DNA of 51,044 nt from an uncultured Candidatus Poseidoniales archaeon (GTDB lineage: Archaea > Thermoplasmatota > Poseidoniia > Poseidoniales > Poseidoniaceae). Positions 26,794-35,662 of the stretch are shown in pieces. The position numbers and the translations under genes are program-made. The stretch spans positions 1-51,044 of the forward strand of contig CAYSJV010000001.1 in assembly GCA_964431435.1 (NCBI GenBank), written 5' to 3'. The number at the start of each line of letters is the position of its first letter. The stretch's first letter is position 1. The notes under the pieces were generated by a model. That model searched no databases and was not told the origin of the DNA. It saw only the letters and a program-made list of their open reading frames with translations.

Positions 26794-28356
26794 CTATTTC
26801 GGACCGATCATTTCTTCCGGTTTTATCCAGTTGTTAAATTCCTCTTCAGTTAGTAATTTTAATTCGATTCCAGATTCACGCAATGTCAATCCTTTTTCAT
26901 GTGCATTTTTTGCAATTTTTGCTGCATTATCGTATCCAATATGTGGGTTTAATGCTGTTACTAGCATCAATGAATTTTCTAAGTGTTCTTTTATTTTTTC
27001 CCGATTAGCTTTGATTCCATTCACACATTTTTCTGTAAAAGACATACAAGAATCTCCTAAGAGTTCTATTGAATGTAGAAGGTTGTGTATCATCATTGGC
27101 TTGTAAACATTTAATTCAAAATTCCCTTGAGTCCCTCCAAGTGTAATTGCAGTGTGATTTCCTATTACTTGGCAACATACCATCGTTAGTGCTTCACATT
27201 GAGTGGGGTTCACTTTACCAGGCATTATACTAGATCCAGGTTCATTTGCTGGTAAAGAAATTTCTCCAAAACCACACCTTGGTCCAGATCCCAACCACCT
27301 AATATCGTTTGCAATTTTCATCAGAGAACAAGCTAGGGTGTTCATGGCACCAGATGAAGCAACAATTGCGTCATGGGCTGCTAGTTGTGAGAATTTGTTT
27401 GGCGCACTTACAAATTTCACTCCCGTCTTTTTTGCAATTTCTTTTGCTACCATTTCAGCAAATCTTGTATCGGTATTCAATCCAGTCCCAACGGCAGTAC
27501 CCCCCAATGCTAATTCTTTTAACTCAATCAAAGTATTTTCAATTCGTTTGATTCCATATTCAAGTTGAGACACATATCCAGAAAATTCTTGACCTAATGT
27601 AAGGGGAACTGCATCCATTAGATGTGTTCGCCCAATCTTTACAATATCTTTGAACTCATTTGATTTGTAGTGTAATGCATCACATAACAATTTTACTTTT
27701 GGTAACAAGCGTTCATTTATTTCTTCGACAGCAGAGATATGCATTGCTGTTGGAAAAGTATCGTTGGATGATTGACTCATATTCACATGATCATTAGGAT
27801 GTACTGGGTTCTTACTTCCTATTTCTCCACCTGAGATTTCAATTGCTCTATTTGCTATGACTTCATTTGTATTCATATTGGTTTGAGTGCCGGAACCAGT
27901 TTGCCAAACACGTAAAGGAAAGTGGTCATCTAAATCACCACTGATTACTTCTTCACTTGCTTGTACGATTAATTGACAGATATTTCTGTCTAATTTCCCT
28001 AGATTCATATTCGTTTTTGCAGTTGCTTGCTTCAATATACCGAACGCCCTAATCAAAGATCTTGGCATTTTGTCATTTCCTATATCGAAATTAACCAAAG
28101 ATCTTGCAGTTTGTGCACCATAATATCTGTCATTTGGAACATGCATTCCTCCCATGGTATCCATTTCCAATCTTGTTCCATCTATGGATTTCGATGGTCT
28201 AGATCGAGCGATGCGTTCCCTCACCGCCTCTACAATCCACTGACTTCTATTTTCAGAAACATCGCCGATATTTTCCATAGAATTCAACACTTCAGATGGC
28301 ATTGAAACACTGACTATTCGCGCATCATGGGTTTTGGGCCTTCCCTTACTGGACAT
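26794..28356 (-). CDS. fumC: Class II fumarate hydratase with an in-frame ~60-aa N-terminal ribbon-helix-helix-like extension
   Basis: Fumarate-lyase signature [16 protein letters not shown], plus [21 protein letters not shown] and [11 protein letters not shown]. The N-terminal [40 protein letters not shown] resembles a CopG/Arc RHH domain. Confidence 0.95.
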   Translation of the reverse strand: MSSKGRPKTHDARIVSVSMPSEVLNSMENIGDVSENRSQWIVEAVRERIARSRPSKSIDGTRLEMDTMGGMHVPNDRYYGAQTARSLVNFDIGNDKMPRSLIRAFGILKQATAKTNMNLGKLDRNICQLIVQASEEVISGDLDDHFPLRVWQTGSGTQTNMNTNEVIANRAIEISGGEIGSKNPVHPNDHVNMSQSSNDTFPTAMHISAVEEINERLLPKVKLLCDALHYKSNEFKDIVKIGRTHLMDAVPLTLGQEFSGYVSQLEYGIKRIENTLIELKELALGGTAVGTGLNTDTRFAEMVAKEIAKKTGVKFVSAPNKFSQLAAHDAIVASSGAMNTLACSLMKIANDIRWLGSGPRCGFGEISLPANEPGSSIMPGKVNPTQCEALTMVCCQVIGNHTAITLGGTQGNFELNVYKPMMIHNLLHSIELLGDSCMSFTEKCVNGIKANREKIKEHLENSLMLVTALNPHIGYDNAAKIAKNAHEKGLTLRESGIELKLLTEEEFNNWIKPEEMIGPK

Positions 28357-28430
28357 GGAGGGCCCTATAATTCATTATTAATAAATTATATTATTCCTAC
28401 ATTTAATTATTAGTACGCAGTTTATTGAAT

Positions 28431-28913
28431 TCACATTCTCGAAACACTAATTATTTGCTGAGGAGCAACAGGCCTATCCCCCGGCCCTTTCTGACAATTT
28501 TCAATTTTAGTTACTACATCCATGCCGTTTGTTACCTCTCCAAAAATCGCATGTTTACCATCTAACCAAGGACACTCTACAGTTGTTAGGAAAAATTGAC
28601 TTCCCCCAGTGTTCGGTCCAGCATTTGCCATCGAAAGTAATCCAGGTCTACTATGTCTTTTTGCTAAAGCCGAATGTTCGCATTTGATCTTCCAGCCAGG
28701 ATTACCTGTACCTGCCATTGGACTATTTGGGTCTTTAGAATTAGGACAACCTCCTTGTAACATAAAATTTGATATTACTCGATGAAAATGAAGCCCATCA
28801 TAGTATCTATCATCTACAAGTCTGAGGAAGTTAGCCACAGTATCTGGACACTCATCATTATATAATTTCATTTCAATATCGCCTTCGCTTGTTTTCATCA
28901 ATACGTCTACCAT
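28431..28913 (-). CDS. ppiB: Cyclophilin-type peptidyl-prolyl cis-trans isomerase
   Basis: FHRVISNFMLQGG, LLSMANAGPNTGGSQFFLT and LDGKHAIFGEV. Confidence 0.95.
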   Translation of the reverse strand: MVDVLMKTSEGDIEMKLYNDECPDTVANFLRLVDDRYYDGLHFHRVISNFMLQGGCPNSKDPNSPMAGTGNPGWKIKCEHSALAKRHSRPGLLSMANAGPNTGGSQFFLTTVECPWLDGKHAIFGEVTNGMDVVTKIENCQKGPGDRPVAPQQIISVSRM

Positions 28914-28960
28914 GTATATTCCAATACAAGGGGGTTTTTGAGATTGACCTCGATATTCAA

Positions 28961-29941
28961 TTATACGTACAGGCGATTAACCGTTAATTCAAATTGTAAC
29001 CACTGATTGTTTGCCTCTGGTCTATCATCTCTATTTTTATAAGCCAAATCAGGAGGCAATAGAACAGTATGAGTTGTACCATCACCAGCTAAACCACGTT
29101 GAACAAAATCTGCATCTAATCCAACTTGACCCCAACCAAAACCTAGGATGTAGTTTCCATCATTTCCAGCAGTAACAGGTAAATCTTGTTCGTGTGCCGG
29201 CGTGATACAAGCAGATTCGTCTAATAATTCACCAGTATCATAAATATATACTCGATAATGGACATTGAGCCGTTGACCTTCGTAAACGTGTGCGTTTTTT
29301 TGTTCAGCTCCTGCAATAATTGTAATTTTTAATTGAATTGAAGCATTTGGATCTAGTGTAGATACTATAGTTGCATAAATCACCTCATCTTCAGGTTCAC
29401 TATTTAGCACAAGAGAAACCAAATTAGATTCGTTTGCTTCTACACTTACAGTATCCCCTGTACTGCCAAACCCAATGGCCTCTGAAGATAGATTAACCAC
29501 AAACTCTTGGTTGGAGTCTGCTGCATTTCTTATTGCAATCACAGCTCTATCTCCTATACCTTGGTGTTCCCACACACATTCAACTTCTCCAGGATACCAA
29601 AATACTTCATCTTGATTCGCTAATGTTTCAGGCATTTGCCAAGTACCATTCAGTGGTGTGCAAGTATCAAGAAGTAACTTTGCTTCCCACGGCCACCGTC
29701 CATCTATTTTCTGTATGCTATTATCCTCATTAGATTCAATAGGTTGTTCTGAAGAATTTAATTTATCTACAAATTCGTTAGCATCAATACCAATCCAGGC
29801 CCCAGAAATTACTAATAAAATTACAACTACTATGGCTGCAATATCGAATGCAAAGATTACTCTTCTATTACGTAAATCTATGAAATCGAACCATCCGCCT
29901 TCGTCAGAAGCTCTATTTCCACTTAGCCAGATTCCGCTCAT
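28961..29941 (-). CDS. Membrane-anchored protein with a divergent C-terminal FKBP-like domain
   Basis: N-terminal TM helix IAAIVVVILLVISGAWIGI. The C-terminal GQRLNVHYRVYIYDTGELLDES ... GFGWGQV ... HTVLLPPDLAYK ... LQFELTV follows the FKBP pattern (V.V.Y.G.L.DG..FDSS ... IP..LAYG ... L.FDVEL), but with many substitutions. Confidence 0.5.
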   Translation of the reverse strand: MSGIWLSGNRASDEGGWFDFIDLRNRRVIFAFDIAAIVVVILLVISGAWIGIDANEFVDKLNSSEQPIESNEDNSIQKIDGRWPWEAKLLLDTCTPLNGTWQMPETLANQDEVFWYPGEVECVWEHQGIGDRAVIAIRNAADSNQEFVVNLSSEAIGFGSTGDTVSVEANESNLVSLVLNSEPEDEVIYATIVSTLDPNASIQLKITIIAGAEQKNAHVYEGQRLNVHYRVYIYDTGELLDESACITPAHEQDLPVTAGNDGNYILGFGWGQVGLDADFVQRGLAGDGTTHTVLLPPDLAYKNRDDRPEANNQWLQFELTVNRLYV

Positions 29942-30008
29942 ACAATTACTGCCAACCTGTACGTAATGATAATCTCAACGTATATTTGACCAATTTTAGC
30001 AATTTATG

Positions 30009-31592
30009 CTAATTCACCAATTTTGGTGTTACTAATTTTATTGCTTCATCCACTCCATCGAGGTATTGCTCAAAATTTGAGTTAAACATTTCAACTAATT
30101 TGTTTGCTAATTTATCATATTCTTCTTTATTACTCCAAGTATCTCTTGGCCACAGTACATCTGTTGGGACATCAGGACATGATGTAGGTACCATAAAACC
30201 AAATCTAGAATCTTTAACAAATCCTACATCATTTAATTTACCATCTAATGCAGCATTTAACATTGCTCTCGTGTATGTGATTTTCATTCTTTTACCAATA
30301 CCATAAGATCCACCAGACCAACCAGTATTAATTAGCCAGCATTGTGAACTGTGTTCTTTCATTTTTCCTGAAAGTAAATTAGCATAAACACCTGGATGCA
30401 TTGGCATAAACGGTTCACCAAAACAGGCAGAAAACGTTGCCACTGGCTCTTTAATTCCAACTTCTGTACCAGCAACTTTTGCAGTATAACCCGAAATAAA
30501 ATGATATGCTGCTTGTGCAGGAGTTAATTTACTAATTGGGGGCAATACACCAAAAGCGTCACAGGTTAAAAAAATCACATTTTGTGGATGACCTCCTTTC
30601 GAATCATCAGTTCGATTCTCAATAAATTCTAATGGATAAGAACCTCTGGTATTTTCTGTCTTTGAACCATTTGAAAAATCAGCAACTCCCTCTTCATCTA
30701 AAACTACGTTTTCTAATATACTTCCAAATTTTCTCGTGGTAGAGAATATTACAGGTTCATCATCTTCAGATAAATCAATCAATTTTGCATAACAACCCCC
30801 TTCAAAATTGAAAACACCATTAAGTCCCCAACCATGTTCATCATCCCCAATCAACATTCTATTTTGATCAGCAGATAATGTCGTTTTCCCTGTACCAGAT
30901 AACCCAAAGAAAACTGCAGTATTCTCTCCAGTTGTATTTGCACTACAGTGCATGGGTAAGACACCTTCTAATGGTAACAAATAATTCATCACACTAAAAA
31001 TAGATTTTTTAATTTCACCAGCGTATTCTGTACCACCGATAATGACGACTTTTTGTTCTAAATTTATCATTACAAATGCGTCAGAATTTGTACCATCTTC
31101 TTCAGGTATAGCACGAAAGTCAGGAGCATGTAATATTGTAAATTGTGCTGAATGAGATTCTAGTTCATCAGCATTGGGTCGAATAAACATGTTACGTGCA
31201 AATGCCGAGTGCCATGCTGTTTGGGTAATCACCTTCAAAGATAATTTTTGATTTTCTTCAGCTCCACAGTATAATTCTTGGATAAAGAGTTGTTCTTGTT
31301 CTGAAAGAAAAGTTACTATTTTATTTTTTAATGAATCAAAAATTTCTGCAGATATAGAAACATTTGTTTGGCCCCAATGAATATTTTCTTTACTTGCAGA
31401 ATCATCCACAATAAACCGGTCATTAGGGGATCGCCCTGTTCTCCCCCCCGTATCAGTCACAAGTGCTTTATGAGCACTAAAAATCCCCTCTCCGACTGAT
31501 TCAGCGATATTTATCAAATCTTCAGTTGATAGATTCAGATGAATCTTTCCATTGTATTGAAACAATTCTAAGCCCACCATTTTTCCCCCCAT
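30009..31592 (-). CDS. pckA: Phosphoenolpyruvate carboxykinase (ATP-dependent)
   Basis: GRTGRSPNDRFIV, kinase-1a FFGLSGTGKTTLS, IGDDEHGW and CYAK. Confidence 0.95.
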   Translation of the reverse strand: MGGKMVGLELFQYNGKIHLNLSTEDLINIAESVGEGIFSAHKALVTDTGGRTGRSPNDRFIVDDSASKENIHWGQTNVSISAEIFDSLKNKIVTFLSEQEQLFIQELYCGAEENQKLSLKVITQTAWHSAFARNMFIRPNADELESHSAQFTILHAPDFRAIPEEDGTNSDAFVMINLEQKVVIIGGTEYAGEIKKSIFSVMNYLLPLEGVLPMHCSANTTGENTAVFFGLSGTGKTTLSADQNRMLIGDDEHGWGLNGVFNFEGGCYAKLIDLSEDDEPVIFSTTRKFGSILENVVLDEEGVADFSNGSKTENTRGSYPLEFIENRTDDSKGGHPQNVIFLTCDAFGVLPPISKLTPAQAAYHFISGYTAKVAGTEVGIKEPVATFSACFGEPFMPMHPGVYANLLSGKMKEHSSQCWLINTGWSGGSYGIGKRMKITYTRAMLNAALDGKLNDVGFVKDSRFGFMVPTSCPDVPTDVLWPRDTWSNKEEYDKLANKLVEMFNSNFEQYLDGVDEAIKLVTPKLVN

Positions 31593-31761
31593 ATGGTTAT
31601 TTTCAGAGTTCCCTTGTTAGGGCCAAATGGAACTTGTCTATACTCATTGCGGATAATAAACCACACTTTTTAGTGATGCGATAGGTAATTAGTATTACAA
31701 ATAACAAATTATGATGTAGCACATCGGTCATATTCAAGCAGTAGAATGACGTCCTACAATT

Positions 31762-34700
31762 ATGGAGGAGGATTCTAACGAAGTGTCCACCGAAGATAGT
31801 GACGAAATAATACGACGTCAAAAATTTGAATTAGGTGCTGGATTAGACATATCAGATTTTTTGATTAAGGACGAATCAAAAGCAAAACCAAACCCCTTCA
31901 TTACTGAAAAAAAGGAAAAAGATATAGCGATGGGGGACATAAGTAGCCCGTTCGAATCTCCTGATCAGAAAAGCGACTCAACTTTGCCGGGGGCAATTTC
32001 AGAAGATGGTACTGTACTTAATGCACCAGAACCGGATTCAATTACAGAATTAGCAGTTACTGGAGAAAAGCGATTACATTGGGGTCTAATGATTTCGATG
32101 ATAGTAGTTTACAGTTTAATTGGGTTATTGGTGGGATTGTATTTACCTCCACTTTTGGCAACATTGGGGCTTCTCTCTTTAGCTAGTTTTGGTTTTTATC
32201 TTGGAAACAGATGGATTCCAAATAAGAGTATGAATTTGTTAGGTGTAACTTGGGTTATTATTTCCATGAAATTACTTTATGGATTGGTAATTGATTTTCA
32301 TCATTGGGGTTGGTTAGATATTCAAGGATTTGATGAGAATATCTTGCTTGGAGTAATGTTATTATTATTGGTTTGTTTGAATATTTTTATTTCATATTGG
32401 TATGATGTAGATGCAATTGCTGCACAGGCAACATTAGTTCTTCTTGCAGTGGCGTCTGGAGCAGGTGCAGGCACATCGTCAGTAGGAATTAATAGCGAAT
32501 ATGCAGTTGCATTTATGATAATTATAGCAACGAGTTTGTTGCATAGTTTGGCATGGCATCGGAGTTCTGGAAATTTAGCAAGTTTAGGAATTGCTGCTAG
32601 TAACTTTTGGATTGGTATGCATGCGCTTTCTTCGGGTTGGGAAATTGGTGCATTGAAAATTCTGGGTTTTTCTGATCCATTGTTATTGTTTATATTATTT
32701 GCAATGGTAAACACACTCAATGCAATAATGGCAACAAGGTTTTCTTCTGAAGATAATTGGTTTTCAAAAGGTTTCTCAGTACTTGGGCTTGGAAAACCAG
32801 GGTTATGGAGTGTTTCTGTGGGATTAGGATTGGTAGGGGCGCTGATGAGCATCATTGCTTATAGATTGGAAACAGGTTATGCTCTAGCACAGGTTTTGTT
32901 CTTACTAGCAGCATTTGGAGGTTCCTACCTTAGTGTACGAAATGTCACTATTAAGGAATTAACTCCTACTCTTTTTGCACCAGCCCCCGTTATTGTCTTA
33001 CTTCTAATTGTAATGGAAACATCTAGTATACAAATTCCACACCTCTCATCATATGGATTATTTTCAATTCTTTCTGCAGGCTTAATTACTGTAACTTTAC
33101 TCAAACATCAATCATCAGTTAGCGATATCGTTCTTTGGACAGGAAGTTTACTGATTTGTTTATTACTTACGATATTAATCCCTGCAAATGAAGAAGGAGA
33201 TCATGGTTTATTTTTGTTGAGTGCATTAGTACTTTTGTTTATGGGCACAGCTACCTTAGCAATTCTTAGAAATTCACCAAGTTTAGCTGGAGTTTCAATA
33301 ATTGCCCCTTGGTTTTGGATATTTTTGTTTGGGATCGATGCAAGCACTAGGATTATTGGACAGAGCATTATTTCCATAACTTTGGATCAATGGTATTTTT
33401 CTCTATTTTTAATACTCATGACGGTTATGCAATATCCTGTAAATAAATTACTAGGAAATACTGGTGTAAATCTTGCCGCTAGATTGTTGGGTTTATCTGA
33501 AATTGGAACGAGATTAAGAGATTCAGGAATGTTAAAATTATGGAATATTGGTTACATTCTGGCGCTTATAGGATGGTTAGCCGCTGCTAGAAATGGAGGA
33601 TTACCCGGAGAAGGGTTGGTCTTTGGTCTTTTGATTCTTTATCTTATGCACGTATTTGCAGAAGTGCAAGACTCTCATCAATCAAATCCTAGATACTTGT
33701 TAATTGGTATAGGTATTACCACTCTTTTAGCACAGATGAAATTTGGATTAGATATTGCTTGGCCAATAATAGTAGTTGCAGGAACTATACCCCTTTTACG
33801 TTCCCCAAATATTGAATCTGAAGAAAGAATTATCTCTTTATTATTAGGATTTATTGCAGCTTCAATTGTAATCTTTAATCTTCGTGAATCAGGTAATATG
33901 TTAATTGAAGACCGCTGGTGGCCTGATGAATTATATTCTATGTGGTCATTCGTAATATTATCTACATTGGGAATGTTAGCATATTTACCAAGGGCACATT
34001 TGTATGAGAAATTGTTACAACCAGCGATAGCAGCAATGATTATGATAGTTGCTTTATTAGTTGCAGCAGGAAATATCAATGGTTACGCAGTTATTGCCTC
34101 TTTTATCTTGTTTATTTGTAGTGGAGGTTGGTTAGCTGCACAAGGAGAGATACGTTCTGGAATCATGAGTGTTGCACGTAAAGAAGAACGTTTGGAAAGA
34201 ATAAGAACAAAGCAACTTGTCACAGAGTTTTTATCTGCTGGCGGTGATGTAAATAGTATTGCTTCATCTGATGAAGGTAAAATCACATACCATTATGCAA
34301 GTGATAAAGATGCATCCGCTGCTATGACTGAACAAGATAGTTCGGGTGGTGCTATTTCTGCTACTAGAGGTAATTTGAAAGTTATAGACCCCGAATTAAT
34401 ACAACTTTTGGAAAAACAACAAAAAAGACGCAAGAGAAGTGGCTCGACTGGTTCAGATGATTTACTTGTAGGGGATATTCATCATAGACCTGTAATTGTA
34501 TTAACATTCATATTAGGTATTTTTGCTTATACAGGATATTTTAGTTTTGCAAGTGATAATTCAGATGGTATGTTAGTTCTCGCAGGAATCACTTCTTTGG
34601 TATTTGTGTCTCTTTCCAGATGGAGAGCAAATTCATTAAAACTTAGAATGCCCGACATTTTGGGTATAGAATTTCCCATTGCTGCAACTATTATGGGATT

Positions 34701-35661
34701 ATCATTTGTATATTTACTTGGAAGATTACATGCACCTTTAGTAGAAGAACAACTATCTCTATTAGTTTTGACAGTCTTTCTTTTGATATTTTCTTTCTTT
34801 GCATTAGTCGGTAGAGATGATTTGGCACTTAGAATACCCTCTGCATTAGAATGGCTTCTTTATGGGTTGGTTTCAACTAGATTAGTAGCGTTCTTCTTAT
34901 CGGGGGCGGTTGGAACACCTTTTGATGTAGATCCATTCTCTTACAATTTTATGGATTGGACTTTACCATGGGTGGTCTTTGAAGTGGTATTATGTGGCGC
35001 AGCCATAGCTTGGGATTGGATTGAACACGTAAGGATAAATAGAAATTTATCAGATCACAGAGGAGTAATGGGTAGATCGATATGGATAGTAATGATAGCA
35101 ATTGTTTCTTGGGGGCCAGCAGCAATTATTGCTATTGTAATGAGTATAATTAGGGCTAGACAGTGGCAACAACCAGGTGTAGTTTGTATTTCATTGCCCA
35201 TTTTGATGATTGCAATTTCATCAACATCATCATGGATCCCCCTCATTGATGAGACATATGGATGGATAGTTCTGTTAACTGGTATTATTTCATTAATAGG
35301 TCTAGCAATATCGGTCTCAAAGAAACAAATTCCATGGAGTAGTTGCTGGATTTGGGATTCACATTTATTGATAATTCCAGGTTGTATTATTATTTCAGGA
35401 ACAATTAATTCTTGGTTAGTAATTAGTATTCTAGCACTATCATTGAGTGTCTGGGTTACGGGTGTTTTACAAAACAGAAGGAGTTTACGAGTTTGGGGTG
35501 CACTTGATTTGGTTGCAGCATGGCTTGTATCTATATTTGTATTGATTAATACATTGTTACAACCATTAATGGGATTGACAATGCTAATATCTACTGGAAT
35601 AGTGTTAGGAATAGTTACTTGGCTAGGGCAAAAATACGAATCTGTCCTTTCAAAAAATTAG
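31762..35661 (+). CDS. Giant polytopic membrane protein of unknown family (1299 aa, roughly 35 hydrophobic segments)
   Basis: Acidic ~100-aa N-terminus, then about 24 hydrophobic segments. A ~110-aa polar loop (approx. nt 34165-34490, containing KQQKRRKRSGS) follows, then about 12 more hydrophobic segments. No catalytic or transporter motif recognised. Confidence 0.7.
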   Translation: MEEDSNEVSTEDSDEIIRRQKFELGAGLDISDFLIKDESKAKPNPFITEKKEKDIAMGDISSPFESPDQKSDSTLPGAISEDGTVLNAPEPDSITELAVTGEKRLHWGLMISMIVVYSLIGLLVGLYLPPLLATLGLLSLASFGFYLGNRWIPNKSMNLLGVTWVIISMKLLYGLVIDFHHWGWLDIQGFDENILLGVMLLLLVCLNIFISYWYDVDAIAAQATLVLLAVASGAGAGTSSVGINSEYAVAFMIIIATSLLHSLAWHRSSGNLASLGIAASNFWIGMHALSSGWEIGALKILGFSDPLLLFILFAMVNTLNAIMATRFSSEDNWFSKGFSVLGLGKPGLWSVSVGLGLVGALMSIIAYRLETGYALAQVLFLLAAFGGSYLSVRNVTIKELTPTLFAPAPVIVLLLIVMETSSIQIPHLSSYGLFSILSAGLITVTLLKHQSSVSDIVLWTGSLLICLLLTILIPANEEGDHGLFLLSALVLLFMGTATLAILRNSPSLAGVSIIAPWFWIFLFGIDASTRIIGQSIISITLDQWYFSLFLILMTVMQYPVNKLLGNTGVNLAARLLGLSEIGTRLRDSGMLKLWNIGYILALIGWLAAARNGGLPGEGLVFGLLILYLMHVFAEVQDSHQSNPRYLLIGIGITTLLAQMKFGLDIAWPIIVVAGTIPLLRSPNIESEERIISLLLGFIAASIVIFNLRESGNMLIEDRWWPDELYSMWSFVILSTLGMLAYLPRAHLYEKLLQPAIAAMIMIVALLVAAGNINGYAVIASFILFICSGGWLAAQGEIRSGIMSVARKEERLERIRTKQLVTEFLSAGGDVNSIASSDEGKITYHYASDKDASAAMTEQDSSGGAISATRGNLKVIDPELIQLLEKQQKRRKRSGSTGSDDLLVGDIHHRPVIVLTFILGIFAYTGYFSFASDNSDGMLVLAGITSLVFVSLSRWRANSLKLRMPDILGIEFPIAATIMGLSFVYLLGRLHAPLVEEQLSLLVLTVFLLIFSFFALVGRDDLALRIPSALEWLLYGLVSTRLVAFFLSGAVGTPFDVDPFSYNFMDWTLPWVVFEVVLCGAAIAWDWIEHVRINRNLSDHRGVMGRSIWIVMIAIVSWGPAAIIAIVMSIIRARQWQQPGVVCISLPILMIAISSTSSWIPLIDETYGWIVLLTGIISLIGLAISVSKKQIPWSSCWIWDSHLLIIPGCIIISGTINSWLVISILALSLSVWVTGVLQNRRSLRVWGALDLVAAWLVSIFVLINTLLQPLMGLTMLISTGIVLGIVTWLGQKYESVLSKN

Positions 35662-35662
35662 A

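Noticed and set aside
26615-27106. 163-aa plus-strand ORF spanning the crcB/fumC junction
   Set aside because: It is antisense to two well-supported genes and has no motifs.
31603-31821. 72-aa minus-strand ORF in the pckA / giant-membrane-protein divergent spacer
   Set aside because: It overlaps the start of the 1299-aa gene, has poor coding composition and lies in what is most likely the shared promoter region.
32322-32855. 177-aa minus-strand ORF (also 33678-34079 and 34083-34286)
   Set aside because: These are antisense to the giant membrane-protein gene. Their asparagine/isoleucine-rich translations are typical of the reverse frame of hydrophobic coding sequence.
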